Part shown: piece by piece, positions 53,100-64,000 of the stretch
How the letters are laid out: each line of letters begins with the position of its first letter
How positions within the stretch are numbered: position 1 is the first letter of the stretch
DNA from: Camelus dromedarius
Taxonomy: Eukaryota
Assembly (NCBI RefSeq): GCF_036321535.1
Contig: NC_087437.1
Location: forward strand, 77,068,001-77,132,000
Direction of reading: 5' to 3'
Length of the DNA stretch: 64,000 bases
Program-made: the position numbers and the translations under genes
The notes under the pieces: model-generated
Told to the model about the DNA's origin: nothing
Databases searched by the model: none
The model's input: the letters and a program-made list of their open reading frames with translations, nothing else

Positions 53100-54330
53100 T
53101 CACTCAAATGTATTAAAGTCTGGAACAGTACTTTAGTCCTCCCAGCCAAGGTGGTTTTACCTGTTAATAATTTAATCTACTACTTTAATAATTCATTTTT
53201 TTTCTTTCTACCAACCCTGCTATAGGGGAAATGGAATCTCCATTCAATGTCAGGTCCTTTTGCCCAGTCTTTACTTTTGAAATGTGACCCTCAATAACTG
53301 TCTATTCAGTGAGGGTGTCCATACATGGTACTTCACTTTTCTAATCCACTAATAGTGGCAGCCTGGTTTGCATGTCAGAAGGGGAAAGCTTGGATTAAGC
53401 CAGATGCAGTAACCATGCAAGTGAAGGCATACTTAGAACCCTTATTCAGAAGGAAGCAGCCAGTATAATCAATTTCCCAACCCCTCACTGGTTGAGAACT
53501 CTGGTGGATGGCCCCAGACTCCTTTCACATTAACCTTGGCCATTGTTTAGAGCAAATGGGAAATGCTGTCATTGTGTTAACGAAGTCACTCTATTTCAAG
53601 GGCAATCTGTCATCCTTGGAAATACAGTTGCTAGGACTTTGTACCCAAGCTAAGGCATCAAATTCCTTATTGCCAGAGGGTATCAACATCTTACGATCCA
53701 GGACACAGAAGACAGAGAGGATGGCCTCAGTCTTCTGTAGATGAATCCAAGTGTCTTCCCAGACATCCTGACCCCACAACGGCTTATTCATCATCACTCA
53801 TCCTTTGGCTTCCCGTTGTTCAAGCCATAGAGCTAATCCCTTTGGAACAGCCCACTGTCAGTGCTAAGAGTTAATGGCCAGGGCTCAAGAGCAAATCTTT
53901 AGCCAAACTTCTCTGAGTTGAGCGCACAAGCCGCTGCGGTTCATTCCTATTTCCATCCAGATGGTGTCAGTGTTAAGCTTGATAGCAGTTGCAATTCCTG
54001 TAGCTGGGTTGCCCCAAATAGATCCATCTGTATAGCAGGCATCAGCAGGAATTTCCCCTGTTCCCTCTCTACAGGCTTCAGGGTCCTCTGCAGGAACAGG
54101 GAAGGCAGGGCATTTGAAAGATCTACATATTCCACAGGGCCTAGTAGCACCTGCATTTCTAGAGAGAGACGTGGGCTGATGGACAAGGTGCTCCTCTGTT
54201 GCAAGTAAGCCACTCAGTCAACATGGGAGTTTGCACCAGGGCAGAGGTGGGTCATTGGGACATATTCTCAATCTACCCTGTGATAGGAAGGGAAGCTCTT
54301 ACCATGATGCACAGTTCCTTTAAGAGGCTC
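53100..54330 (-). pseudogene. pol: pol relic (tether/RNaseH/integrase) of the ERV
   Basis: RNaseH-like segments at 53600-53940 and integrase core WEIDYTG...KYAFTCMVTASGLIQAFP at ~53383-53479. No RT or protease motifs recognised. Boundaries approximate. Confidence 0.78.
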
Positions 54331-54677
54331 TGGGAGCACAGAGCTAGCGGAGCAGCTGTCATTTCATGTCCTTCTCTAACCTCAGCTCTTCTTCCAACTT
54401 TCTAACTTAAGCTTCATTCTCTAGTTGTGCATCGGTAGCCACCGACTTGCCCACAGTGGAGGCCAGCCCACTATGGCAGCTGTTCATTTCTCTTCTTTCC
54501 TGCAGTACAGTTCCTCACACAAGTGCATCAAACCAGCCAGCTTTTCAGGGAGTCCCCATACTCATGCATTGGTCCACATGCACCTAACATATAAGTTACT
54601 CCTTCCATATGCAGAAGTTGATGGCCAACCTGGGATTTCTCCTCAGATGCCTCTCTCCCAAAACTCATTTATTCGGT

Positions 54678-54695
54678 CTCCTGGCTGGCTGATCA
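54678..54695 (-). other. Retroviral primer-binding site, tRNA-Arg(ACG)-like, degenerate
   Basis: Minus strand reads TGATCAGCCAGCCAGGAG, 2 nt after the 5' LTR, versus the tRNA-Arg(ACG) PBS TGGCGAGCCAGCCAGGAG (15/18, last 13 contiguous). Confidence 0.75.
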
Positions 54696-54697
54696 AT

Positions 54698-55110
54698 TGT
54701 TGGAGCTTCCCCTAGTGAAATCTGGAACTGGCCCTCATACATAGAGGGCAAAGAGAGACCAAAGAAAGAGGCAGGCTACTCCAGATTGGTAGGTGGCAGG
54801 TTTAATAAGAAAGGGAACTTATATTTGAGGCCGGTCTTGGGCTGCTGCAAGATGAGTAGATCTATGCACCCACCTGCCAGAATCTTAAAAGTCTATATAG
54901 TGGTCTTAACTGGGTTCAGGCATGTATTCAGTCCAGATGATCTCAACACCACCTTGTCCTCTCAAGCCTGCATCCTGAAAAGTGGCTCCAGCTGTAGGAA
55001 GGGTGGGTGAACTTACAAAGACGGGAGGAGTGAGGAGTAAGGAGTCTTTGATTGCCAGGGTCCAGCTCTCAGGTTAACTGGAGATCATGTCCTCTTGATG
55101 TCCTCCAACA
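54698..55110 (-). mobile_element. 5' LTR of the ERV
   Basis: Terminal inverted repeats TGTTGGAG...CTCCAACA (TG...CA); homologous to 50786-51188. Confidence 0.9.
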
Positions 55111-56439
55111 ACATGGAGAACCTTGATAGATCAGCTACCTGCCAAGTAAGCAGAGTAAGTGACCACCTATAGTGTAGTGATGTCAAGAGCCTGGGAATGT
55201 TCTGGCCCACCCATGGGCTAGCCAGTGCCTAAAATTTAGTTGGCTTTCCTATAAATTAAAGCTTTGTTCTGATAAGTATATATTCTTTTCCCTCCATTGG
55301 GAAAATCTTTAAATTATTAGTAGATATTTTCTCATTAGAGTGAAAATTTGTTTCAGATTTTCCAGAGAATATGGTTTTAAAAGTTTGGGGCTCTTAAGTA
55401 TTTTTGATTTTCCCTCTTTACCTGTCAGACCCTCATCACACTTCATTGTAAAGTGCATGTTTAATTATTTGTTTCCTCTACTAGACTGTAAGGTCTGTGA
55501 AGGAAGGGGCTTTGTTTGTCTTCAAAGGGAGTTTATCTTAGTGCCTACCACATTGACTGGTACTTAATAAAATCTCAGTATTTGCTGTATCAAACTGAAT
55601 TTCATTAGACAGAATTGAATAAGAGGTTGTTCCTCGAAGAGAATAAATTCCTTTCTTCCTTTAATGAAGAAAAGTGGCATAAAATCAACAATTAACATTA
55701 CTAAAGACAGACTTCACTTACTGAAAATCAGTAAAAGCTTGACTAACCTTGTGCCTTGTTTGATGATCCATCTATTTTATGGATATGGTAACTGATTTCA
55801 GTGACTTGTCCAAAGGCACACAGATACTAATTGTCAGAAACAGAACAAGGGTCCAGATCTCCAGACCAATAGTCAGGCATTTATTGCACTATGATTTTTC
55901 TTCCTTCAATTTTAATGTATTGCCGTTGGGAGAATATGAAAACACTGGCAGCATGGCCATGGAGGGCATCCAGCAGCAGACTCTGACATGCACATCTATC
56001 CAATCTGGTAAACATCAGCTTGCTTATCATTTACTTTTAGGACTGTCTTACCAAAAAGGGCCTCCAAACTGTAGATGCCCTCTGATTCCACTGGCTAGAA
56101 GGAAGGATGCTGTACTCTCCTATTTGGAGAACAGTGTATGAAGTAATGAGGAAACTTTCCTGAGCAATCTCCTTGAAGGATTTTGGTACCGTTTACCTAG
56201 TGGAATTCTTGTTTCCTGACTTTTTTCACCTTTCTGCCTCCTTTTTGTTGCTGACATCTAGCTGGCATGTTGAGTAGACATCTGCTGATGGTCCCACTAA
56301 CATGGTAAATTTGCTCAATTAACTACCTTGAACTTGATTATAGTGTATTTGTTAGTGCCATATCCCTTTCCTATAAAGAACAATGTTGTGTTCATAAATG
56401 AATAACTTGGCAGGAGAAAGTCTACAAAATTTAAATTCT

Positions 56440-58075
56440 AGCAAGGGAGCAATGCACTATACCCATGGCAGTGTCATTACTGCATGTCAGATTCAGAACA
56501 ATTGAAAAGTATCAACTATGTTTTTAAAACTCTGTGTATTAAAAGCAATTATATCTGCAAATCTAAAGGCATAACTGCGCATAAGCACTGTACTGTAGTT
56601 GATAAAGTTGTTTACCCTAGGGGTAAAGGGTAACAATTCTAGTACTGCTTTGCATGTATATTGGAACTGAATAAGTTAGTAGATGGTGGGTGATGGGAGC
56701 TGTATTTCTCACTGCTGAAGAGGCAGTTTACAGATGGACAGGTGCAGAAGGCTGAAATGATCCATGTGGTGGTGAGTTAAAGCTAGAGACATCAGTATGA
56801 ACTCATGTTTAGTTTAATATAGATACATAATGGTTACATATAACAATGTTTATAGATATATGTATATACATGGGATCGTATTCACACATATATATAATTC
56901 CTTTCTCTGCCAGCAAAAAGGACCTAAAATTAACACGATCCCAGTAGAAACAAGCACACCTGGCACCCAGATCTTGATTTCTAAATATGATCCCAACTTA
57001 AAAACAAAACCCAAAAAAACAGATTCCTTGGAGAAATGTTATGAAATGTCTGATTTTAGGACTGGGGATTTAAATATACAAGATAATCCTGGAGCATTTT
57101 ATAGTCCAAAAAAGTAAAGAGGTACTCAACAAACAACAACACATAAACCAGTCTACCCTGATTAGGGTACATTAACTGGGGCATAAGAGCCAACGGAAAG
57201 TGTTTGCAGTGGCCAAAATCAGAACAATTTGAGCAACAAAATTAATAAAGTAGTGTTGAATTATTACCTAAAATACAAAATAAATATTCATGATCCATGC
57301 TGATATAAATATATGATTGAACAAATGAATAAATGGTGGAGAAAAGACAAAGCTCTCATTGAAAAGAATTTCAAATAAGTTATTTAGATAGTCTGCCCTA
57401 TAGGAGGTGAATTATAACTGTCCACTTTTTAAGCAGACTGCACACAGTGACTTCCTTCCGGAGAGTACAGTATGGAAAGGGGGGGAAATGAGTAACTTTA
57501 CAAAAGTGGACAAATGTGACAAACACTGCCTCAGCTAGATGATCAAGATTAATAACAACAGCTGGTATCTAATTGATAGTGTGTACCTTTGATATGATGT
57601 GATGAAAATGGTACTTCTGAGACCTCTCTCCCAAAAACCTATAACCCCAGTCTAAACATGAGAAAAAACATCAGACAAATCCCAGTAGAAAGGCATTCTA
57701 TAGAAAATCTGACCAATACCCCTCAAAACTGTCAAGGACATCAAATTCAAGAGAATTAAAAAACTCTCCAGTCAAGAGGAGCCTAAGGGGACTTGGAAAT
57801 TAAATGTAATGTGGTATCCTGGATGAGATTCTGGAAGAGAAAATAATATTTAGATAAAAACTTAGGAAATCTGAATAAAGTATAGACTTTAGTTAATAAT
57901 AATGTATCAATACTCTTCATTAATTGTAACAAATGAATTATACTAATATAAGGTGTTAATAATAGAGGAAACTGGGTATGTAATACATGAGGGTATATAG
58001 GAACACTATGTACTGTCTTAATTATTCCATAAATCTAAAACTGATCTAAAAATTAAAGTTTGTTTTTCAAAAACA
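56440..58075 (+). mobile_element. L1MC/L1MD-like 3'UTR
   Basis: Recognisable motifs: GTACAGTATGGAAAGGGG, CCTCAAAACTGTCAAGG, AAATGTAATGTGGTATCCTGGAT, GACTTTAGTTAATAATAATGTATCAATA. Confidence 0.8.
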
Positions 58076-58214
58076 AATATATTCTTTTTGTATACTTAAT
58101 GTAGATATGTTTCTGCCAGCATTTACTCTGTTTCTCAAGATTTTCTATTTCTGTTGTTTATTAAATTTAACCATGGTGTTGTTTTCATCAAGTATTTGAA
58201 AGTCTGTCACATAA

Positions 58215-58480
58215 GAAGAGAAGTAGATAGACTTTTTCTGCTTTAGATGACAGTATTAGGACCATTTCAAAACCAATTGCAAGGCCAATACCAGCTCCCG
58301 ATAAAGGATTCCTTTTCTGATTCTAACTATGGAAGATGATGACTCATGGAGTAGTAAACTTTCTGTCCGCTCAAACAGAGACTGACTTATACCATCCATC
58401 AAGTATGCTTTAGTGGAGATTTCTTCATTGGGTAGACAGTTGGATTAGAAGACCTCAAGGATTCTTCTAACTCTGTTCTA
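58215..58480 (+). mobile_element. L3/CR1 (or MIR3)-like 3' end
   Basis: Ends TTGGATTAGAAGACCTCAAGGATTCTTCTAACTCTG, resembling the CR1/L3 tail. Confidence 0.5.
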
Positions 58481-61400
58481 AGTATCTGTGGACAGTTGCC
58501 CAATTCTCTGTGTCGTTGAAATTTAGACAACTTATTCCAGTGTGATTCTGGACTCACAGCCAAGACTTTAAGCATAGTATGTCTGTCTATTGACCACAAA
58601 TCTAAGTTTAGCTGATTGCTCAAAACCTACCAGCTGCACCAGTTATCCAGTAAAAGGAAAGTAAGTAAGCTATGCCCTTTTTGAGCCATGCCATTTGGTA
58701 TGTTACCTCCTTGAAGTCTTAAAGAGTCACATGATCCAATTCAGTGCCTCAGCAGGGTCATGATCACTTTATTACAAGTCCTAGAGCCTTGCACACCTGA
58801 GTGCCACAGTCCCACAACTTGGCTCAAGCGCTCTGCGGTTAGGCTTTCAGCGATTGCTAGTGCGGTGAGAGGCTTTGCAAGTGAAAGTGAAGTTAGATGG
58901 ATGGGTGGATGTGCGGAGAAAGAGCTGCATATTTCAATCTTGTTTTATGAGCCCAGCTCTCCCTTTTAATGGTAGGAGCTGGAAAATTCTTTTGAGAACC
59001 GGGTAAACCAGTCTTTTTGGTGTCACAGATTCCTTGAGGAACAGAATTCCTAAATTTGAGCCACTTCCCAGAAACAATACTAAAAAGTCTCCTGCTGTTT
59101 ACCAAATCATCCCCACCCCCAGCAAAAAAATTGAAAAGTATGAAAATGTCTCTGTGATCTACCAGTGTTTACCAAACTGTTTTAGTTGACAGCATACTTA
59201 GAAAATGGTCATTTCTCTGTACCTGCACTAAAAAGAGATGGTGCTGGGAAATAGAAGCACAAGCCTGACATCTTGTTACTGCAACCCACATAAACGCTGG
59301 GAGATCAGTATTTCAGCCTGTGTGTTGAGAAGATCGTTTTTTTTTAACAAACCAATATAAATTTTTATTAGGAAAAAACCTCATATTAATTATATGGTCA
59401 TTTGCAGATCACACACAGTTAAATAAAGGCAGCTCTCTATGGTGCGTCCTAATAGGAAATATGAAACCTCTTGAAAAGTACAGCTAAGAAAGTAAAACAT
59501 TATGCTCTAATCCCTATACTTAAAGAATAAAATATTCAATATTGATGTACATCAGTATGTTGAACTATTTCCATGTACATATATATACTTCATATAATTT
59601 AAATCCTATCACAGTACGTAATTTTTATGACCTGCTTTTTTCCCTTAATATTTAATAATGAGTTATTTTCCCATGTCATTAAGTATTATACAGCATGATT
59701 TTCAATGACTCCTGGTATTCCTTCATACAGATAAACTGATTAATTTAAGCAATCTTCTACGGTCAAATATTTAATGGCCCCAGTATTCTCCTTTTATAAC
59801 TTATGCTGCTTTAAATATGCTTATAAGGGAAAGTTTTGCATACATTCCCAATTATATTCCAGCTTTGCTGGATCACAGCATGTGCATATTTTCAGACTTT
59901 TGATATTTTTCCAGAACACCTCTTAGAAGGCTGTATCCACCAGGAGCATGTAAACATGCATCTTCTCATTAACATTCTGTATTATCATTGTTTTAAATCT
60001 CTACTGCTCATTTATTTCTTATCTGGATTTCTCAGGAGAATTTCAGGGTTGTTAAAGTCCTGTTATGTTTGGCATTTATGGTGAATTTTCCACTAGAATT
60101 TGTAAGAACAGTTCAGGAGCCTGCTTGGTGTTATGCCTTCCTGTCAGAGATCCCAGCTCAATGCAGGGATAGATTGCTGTGGCTACAAGCAGAGAGTGAA
60201 ATGCCACAAACAGCAACCTGGGTCTTTATCCTAAAAGGAACTCTGTGCTTAAAATTACTCATCTCCAGCTCCTGATCTGATATTCTACCTCACATCTAAT
60301 GTTGAAGTGGAGCAGAGGTCCTACGAAGAGAATGATAGCCCATTACTTATTAGAGGCAAATCCATTTCCTCTTACCAGCTGCTACCATCTCAGATAGATC
60401 TTAGACAGAGACTTCGTGTATTAGAACAGATGCTGGGAGGTTCATGGCTTCTAGTAGGACAGACAGTAGTTAAAAATAGACAAGGGAATGGCCTGTTTCA
60501 ATGTTTAGGAAATAGCCAGTCCTTAAAGAAAAAAAAAAAATCCTCTCTGTACTCACCGTAAAACATCAGAAGAATTATGAGTTTTTTCTACTCCATGGAG
60601 GAGTACTTGGCAAATGTGTAAAACACATGGAAGAAGTCTTCAGCTCAACAAGAAGATAAACTTTTAAAATTATTGATACTGTGTAACAATGGAAAAGACT
60701 GATTCTGAGTCAACGAAAAATACTGATTTTTTTCCAGAGTACCAGACTCACTGATCACCCCCTTTTAAATAGCCACATTGTATATCCCACATTGTTAGTG
60801 GTAGTCACAGAAATTAATGACTGGTTTTACGCATTTGCTTCTACTACTAGACCATAAGCTCTTTGTTGCTAACTAATATTCTTTAATATTATAGGAATGA
60901 ATAACAGGAATTAGGATTTTAGAATTTTAGAGCTTCTGAGTTGCCCTCTTCTCTAGAAAATACTTCTCCAATTAGAAGTGGATTCCTTTGATTAAAGATT
61001 ATAGTAGCTCTGAATAGTAATAGATAAGGTCTTATTTATAATTCCAAGTGAATGAGTTATGAGATCTTTTCCTTGGGGAGGAGGGTGAAATGAAGGAAGT
61101 GGATGCCTTTGTGCAGGGAACACAGGGAAGTATAAAAAAAAGGAAGGAAGCTGAAGCGTGGAGTGCTAAAGACAAAATTTGCTGACTGTATATTATTTGC
61201 TCTTGTTTTTGTTATTGTTGGTTTTTTAAGGGTCCCTTTAGGATGTAACTGATTTCCTGCATGATTTAAAGCTGCTCTTTATTTTAAAAAATCCTGCCTT
61301 TAGGCAGTGATATTGTGGGAAAAAGTAAGCTTTCTTGCCCTAGAGTCAGTATGGTATGAAAGTCATTCATTAGCTCTGCCAAACCTCCCCACTTGTAAAA

Positions 61401-63967
61401 AGTTCAAATGAAACTTTTTATTAAAGTAGTGGAAGTAAGAGCAAGGAGGAGGAAAGGATGGAACACAGGGTGTGGTTGAGATCCAAATGTTCCTGGCATT
61501 GGTAGGGTGAGCGTCTGTGAATCCAAGTATTTAGGCTTGCCAGCTATCTCAGTACAGTGGCATCCTCTCCTTCGCTTGAAACTATGCCTCATGCATTCAT
61601 TCAACTATTCACTTAATAAGTACACAGTGAGTGTCTACTTATATGCCAGATCCTGCTTTGGGCTCTGGGGATACAGCAGTGAACCAAACAGACGAAACTT
61701 CCTGACTTCATGGAGTTTACCTTAGGGTGGGTTTTCTTTTGTTATAAGAGCACTAAACCCCAAATGAACCTAATTTTGTCAACAAAAGATGAGGTTCTTA
61801 ATTTAATCCTAAAGCAATCTGAATTCAATAAATCCAATAAAATTTGAATTAACAGTGCAAGTGCTAGTCTGCTCCAGAATCATCCTCCAGTTTCAAGATA
61901 AGTGAGAGGACACTCCCTACTAAAACTCCCTCCCCCACAAAAGAAGGCTTTCATCATCCAAGTGGAAAAACGTGAACTGTGGCTAAATTTAGTCAAAATT
62001 AGCATCCGTGTAGTCTGTGAAATTTTTCAGCCAAGCAAATTGCATAATCAAAATGCAACCATTTTTTCTTGCACCCTTTCCTGAGAACCTTTCCAACATT
62101 CATGCTGCCAGGGCTCATGCTGCCAGCATTGTCAGTGCACTTTGCTGTAAGAGATTAAAGGTTGGCTACAAATAATTTCCAATGAATAACTCTAATTAGC
62201 CACTAAAGTTGGCATGTTTCCTGCTATCTGAAATTAGATCACAGAGTTGGGTTGAGATGAAAAAAGCCCTATTAACTCTCTAGACTTCTAATTCCTATTT
62301 GCTGGGGGAAATTACTGTTTTGAACTTTATCTGCCACTATCTGAAGAAGTCTGGAGTCAGCGGTAATAAAAAGATATGTGGAAGTCTGGACTTTCTGTTT
62401 GCTTCTACTCCACTATGGGGACTTTCCGAAATAAACTCATAAGAGCAACGGCCCCGGGAAATATGTAAGAAGACAAGAAGAAACTATCTTCAAAAGATGT
62501 CAAAACTCAACATTTTGTAGTTGTTCACATATGCATTAGCCACTCTAACAAACAAATCTTTTTTTCATCCAATACTATTAATCAATAGATGTATGGATTT
62601 TTCTTGCATCCAGTTTTGAATCCTTTCCATTTTAGGTTTATCTTCTAGTGTGCCCCTGCCCTACAGTCAGGGAACTAGTGCACATGCCACTGTCAGGTGT
62701 TTGGGAAGAGCCACTGAATATCTAGTGCCTTTTCAGGGCAGCTCCAAACTGAACCTTTTCAAGGCAGTGTATGTGCCTTGAGTCACTTTATAAATAAGCA
62801 AGTGAGGGGCATGCTTTTGTTTTGGACCCCTGTCTGCTGTCATCAGCTGTTGTGTGGCTGATCGGCTGGTAGTTAACACACCAGGTGTTTTGTGTAGCTA
62901 GTACCCTCTGGAGCTGCTTCTGGGTATGATTAATCATTCAGCTCCGCTGACGCCAGCGCAATAATCAAAACCATATAAAAAAGGGGATGGGTCCTGGAAA
63001 ATCAGTGCAAGAGTCTTGAAATAGTGAATGCATTGCATTAGAGTAATAAAGTTGCTTCTTTTTAACTGTTGGAATGAATCTGTTTTACTAAAAATCAAAT
63101 ATTCCTTTGACAAAAGTACTTTTAATAATCCACAAATAGCTTTCTGTCCCTTCCTTGGAAGGTGCCTGATAATACATTTTTCCAGAGGGAACATTCAGAA
63201 GTGTACCTACCAAGACTAGTGTCTGGCCAGTGGCTGGCTTTTTAAAGTTAAATAAAGAAGTGGTATTCTTTTTATAAGTGATTTCTCGTGAAGTTTTCCT
63301 TAAAATGTAAAACCTAAAGTGTCAGAAAAATTTACTTTATAAACAATCAAGATTTGGGTTTTAATCCCTTAACAAATTATAAATTACAACAGTGCTTAAA
63401 TAATTGACTATATTTGCCTTCTTTTTTTTGTGTGTACCAGATTTTAAAAAGGATTAGTAGCTATTTGAACCAAAATAGTGCAGTTTCTGTCTAGGTATGG
63501 CTTCATTCTAAACACATTGAATATTTTAAGATATGTATTCATCTAAGGCAGAAAGTTGACAAGTTTTATTCCTATTACACAGAGGAAATTGAGGTACCAA
63601 ATTAAGAGACGGTAATCCAACTTTAGCGATACAGACATACTGGTTCTATTTACTATCCAAATGAAAATATTAATGAGCAGATTGAATATTTCAAAACTGT
63701 CAGCATAGATTACAATGTAGAACTGAATGTCAAGCATATGATATATCCTATGTTTTGTTCCGGACTTTGCAAGAAAGTTTCATCATTAATAATAAAATAA
63801 AAGTTAAAAGGTAAAAAAATAAAGTAAAATAATTTTAAAATAGATACATAATAGGGAAAGTTTCAAGCTGAACTTTCTAACAAATATACATAGAAGACTT
63901 TCAAATGGATATCTTTAGAGTGTTTAAGAAAAATTAAATAATTTGAATTATAACCAGGTGAGAGGGT

Positions 63968-64000
63968 GTATCTGTTAGGATTCTCCAGAAAAACAGACAC
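63968..64000 (-). mobile_element. Edge of an MLT2-like LTR, cut by the window end
   Basis: TGTATCTGTTAGGATTCTCCAGAAAAACAGA resembles the MLT2 terminus. Confidence 0.45.

Larger units (their letters stand above)
50782..55110 (-). mobile_element. Defective endogenous retrovirus (class III/ERV-L-related pol with env relic), two LTRs, internally deleted
   Basis: Direct repeats at ~50786-51188 and 54698-55110 (64/73 identical over the first aligned block, counted by hand). PBS and PPT are correctly placed for the minus strand. Minus-strand relics: RNaseH-like KPLWGQDVWEDTW...PSGNKEFDALA, integrase WEIDYTGCFLLNKGSKYAFTCMVTASGL, env TM MALDIISASQGVTCAITHTECYV. Many stops and frameshifts. Confidence 0.92.

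Noticed and set aside
60551..60660. Minus-strand exon ending in ACG|GTGAGT
   Set aside because: Good donor but no convincing acceptor or recognisable reading frame.
1..64000. Most ORFs in the six-frame track
   Set aside because: Short, often non-ATG, low-complexity or within repeats. Only the RPL10A- and ERV-derived ones resemble known proteins.

Overview
AT-rich mammalian genomic DNA, probably camelid, judged from two TSD-flanked tRNA-derived SINEs of the vic-1 type and no recognisable Alu, B1/B2, Bov-tA/BovB or PRE-1. I found no intact protein-coding gene, RNA gene or CRISPR array. The region reads as intergenic or deep-intronic. Main recognisable items: (1) a 5'-truncated, doubly frameshifted RPL10A processed pseudogene at 14.1-14.65 kb; (2) a two-LTR, internally deleted endogenous retrovirus on the minus strand at 50.8-55.1 kb, combining ERV-L-like (class III) RNaseH/integrase relics, a gamma-type env TM relic and a degenerate tRNA-Arg PBS; (3) an orphan CpG-rich promoter-like island at 25.6-26.1 kb; (4) a second CpG-retaining element at 36.1-36.5 kb ending in a composite acceptor/donor site (YnCAG|GTAAGT); (5) many old repeats (L1M, L2, MIR, MLT/ERVL LTRs, MER DNA transposons), some nested; (6) several repeat-free, motif-dense blocks that look like enhancers or conserved non-coding elements. 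Repeat subfamily names come from recalled consensus sequences and need RepeatMasker/Dfam confirmation. I cannot support a claim of a new biological system; the best leads are the unassigned promoters/splice site and the ERV architecture.
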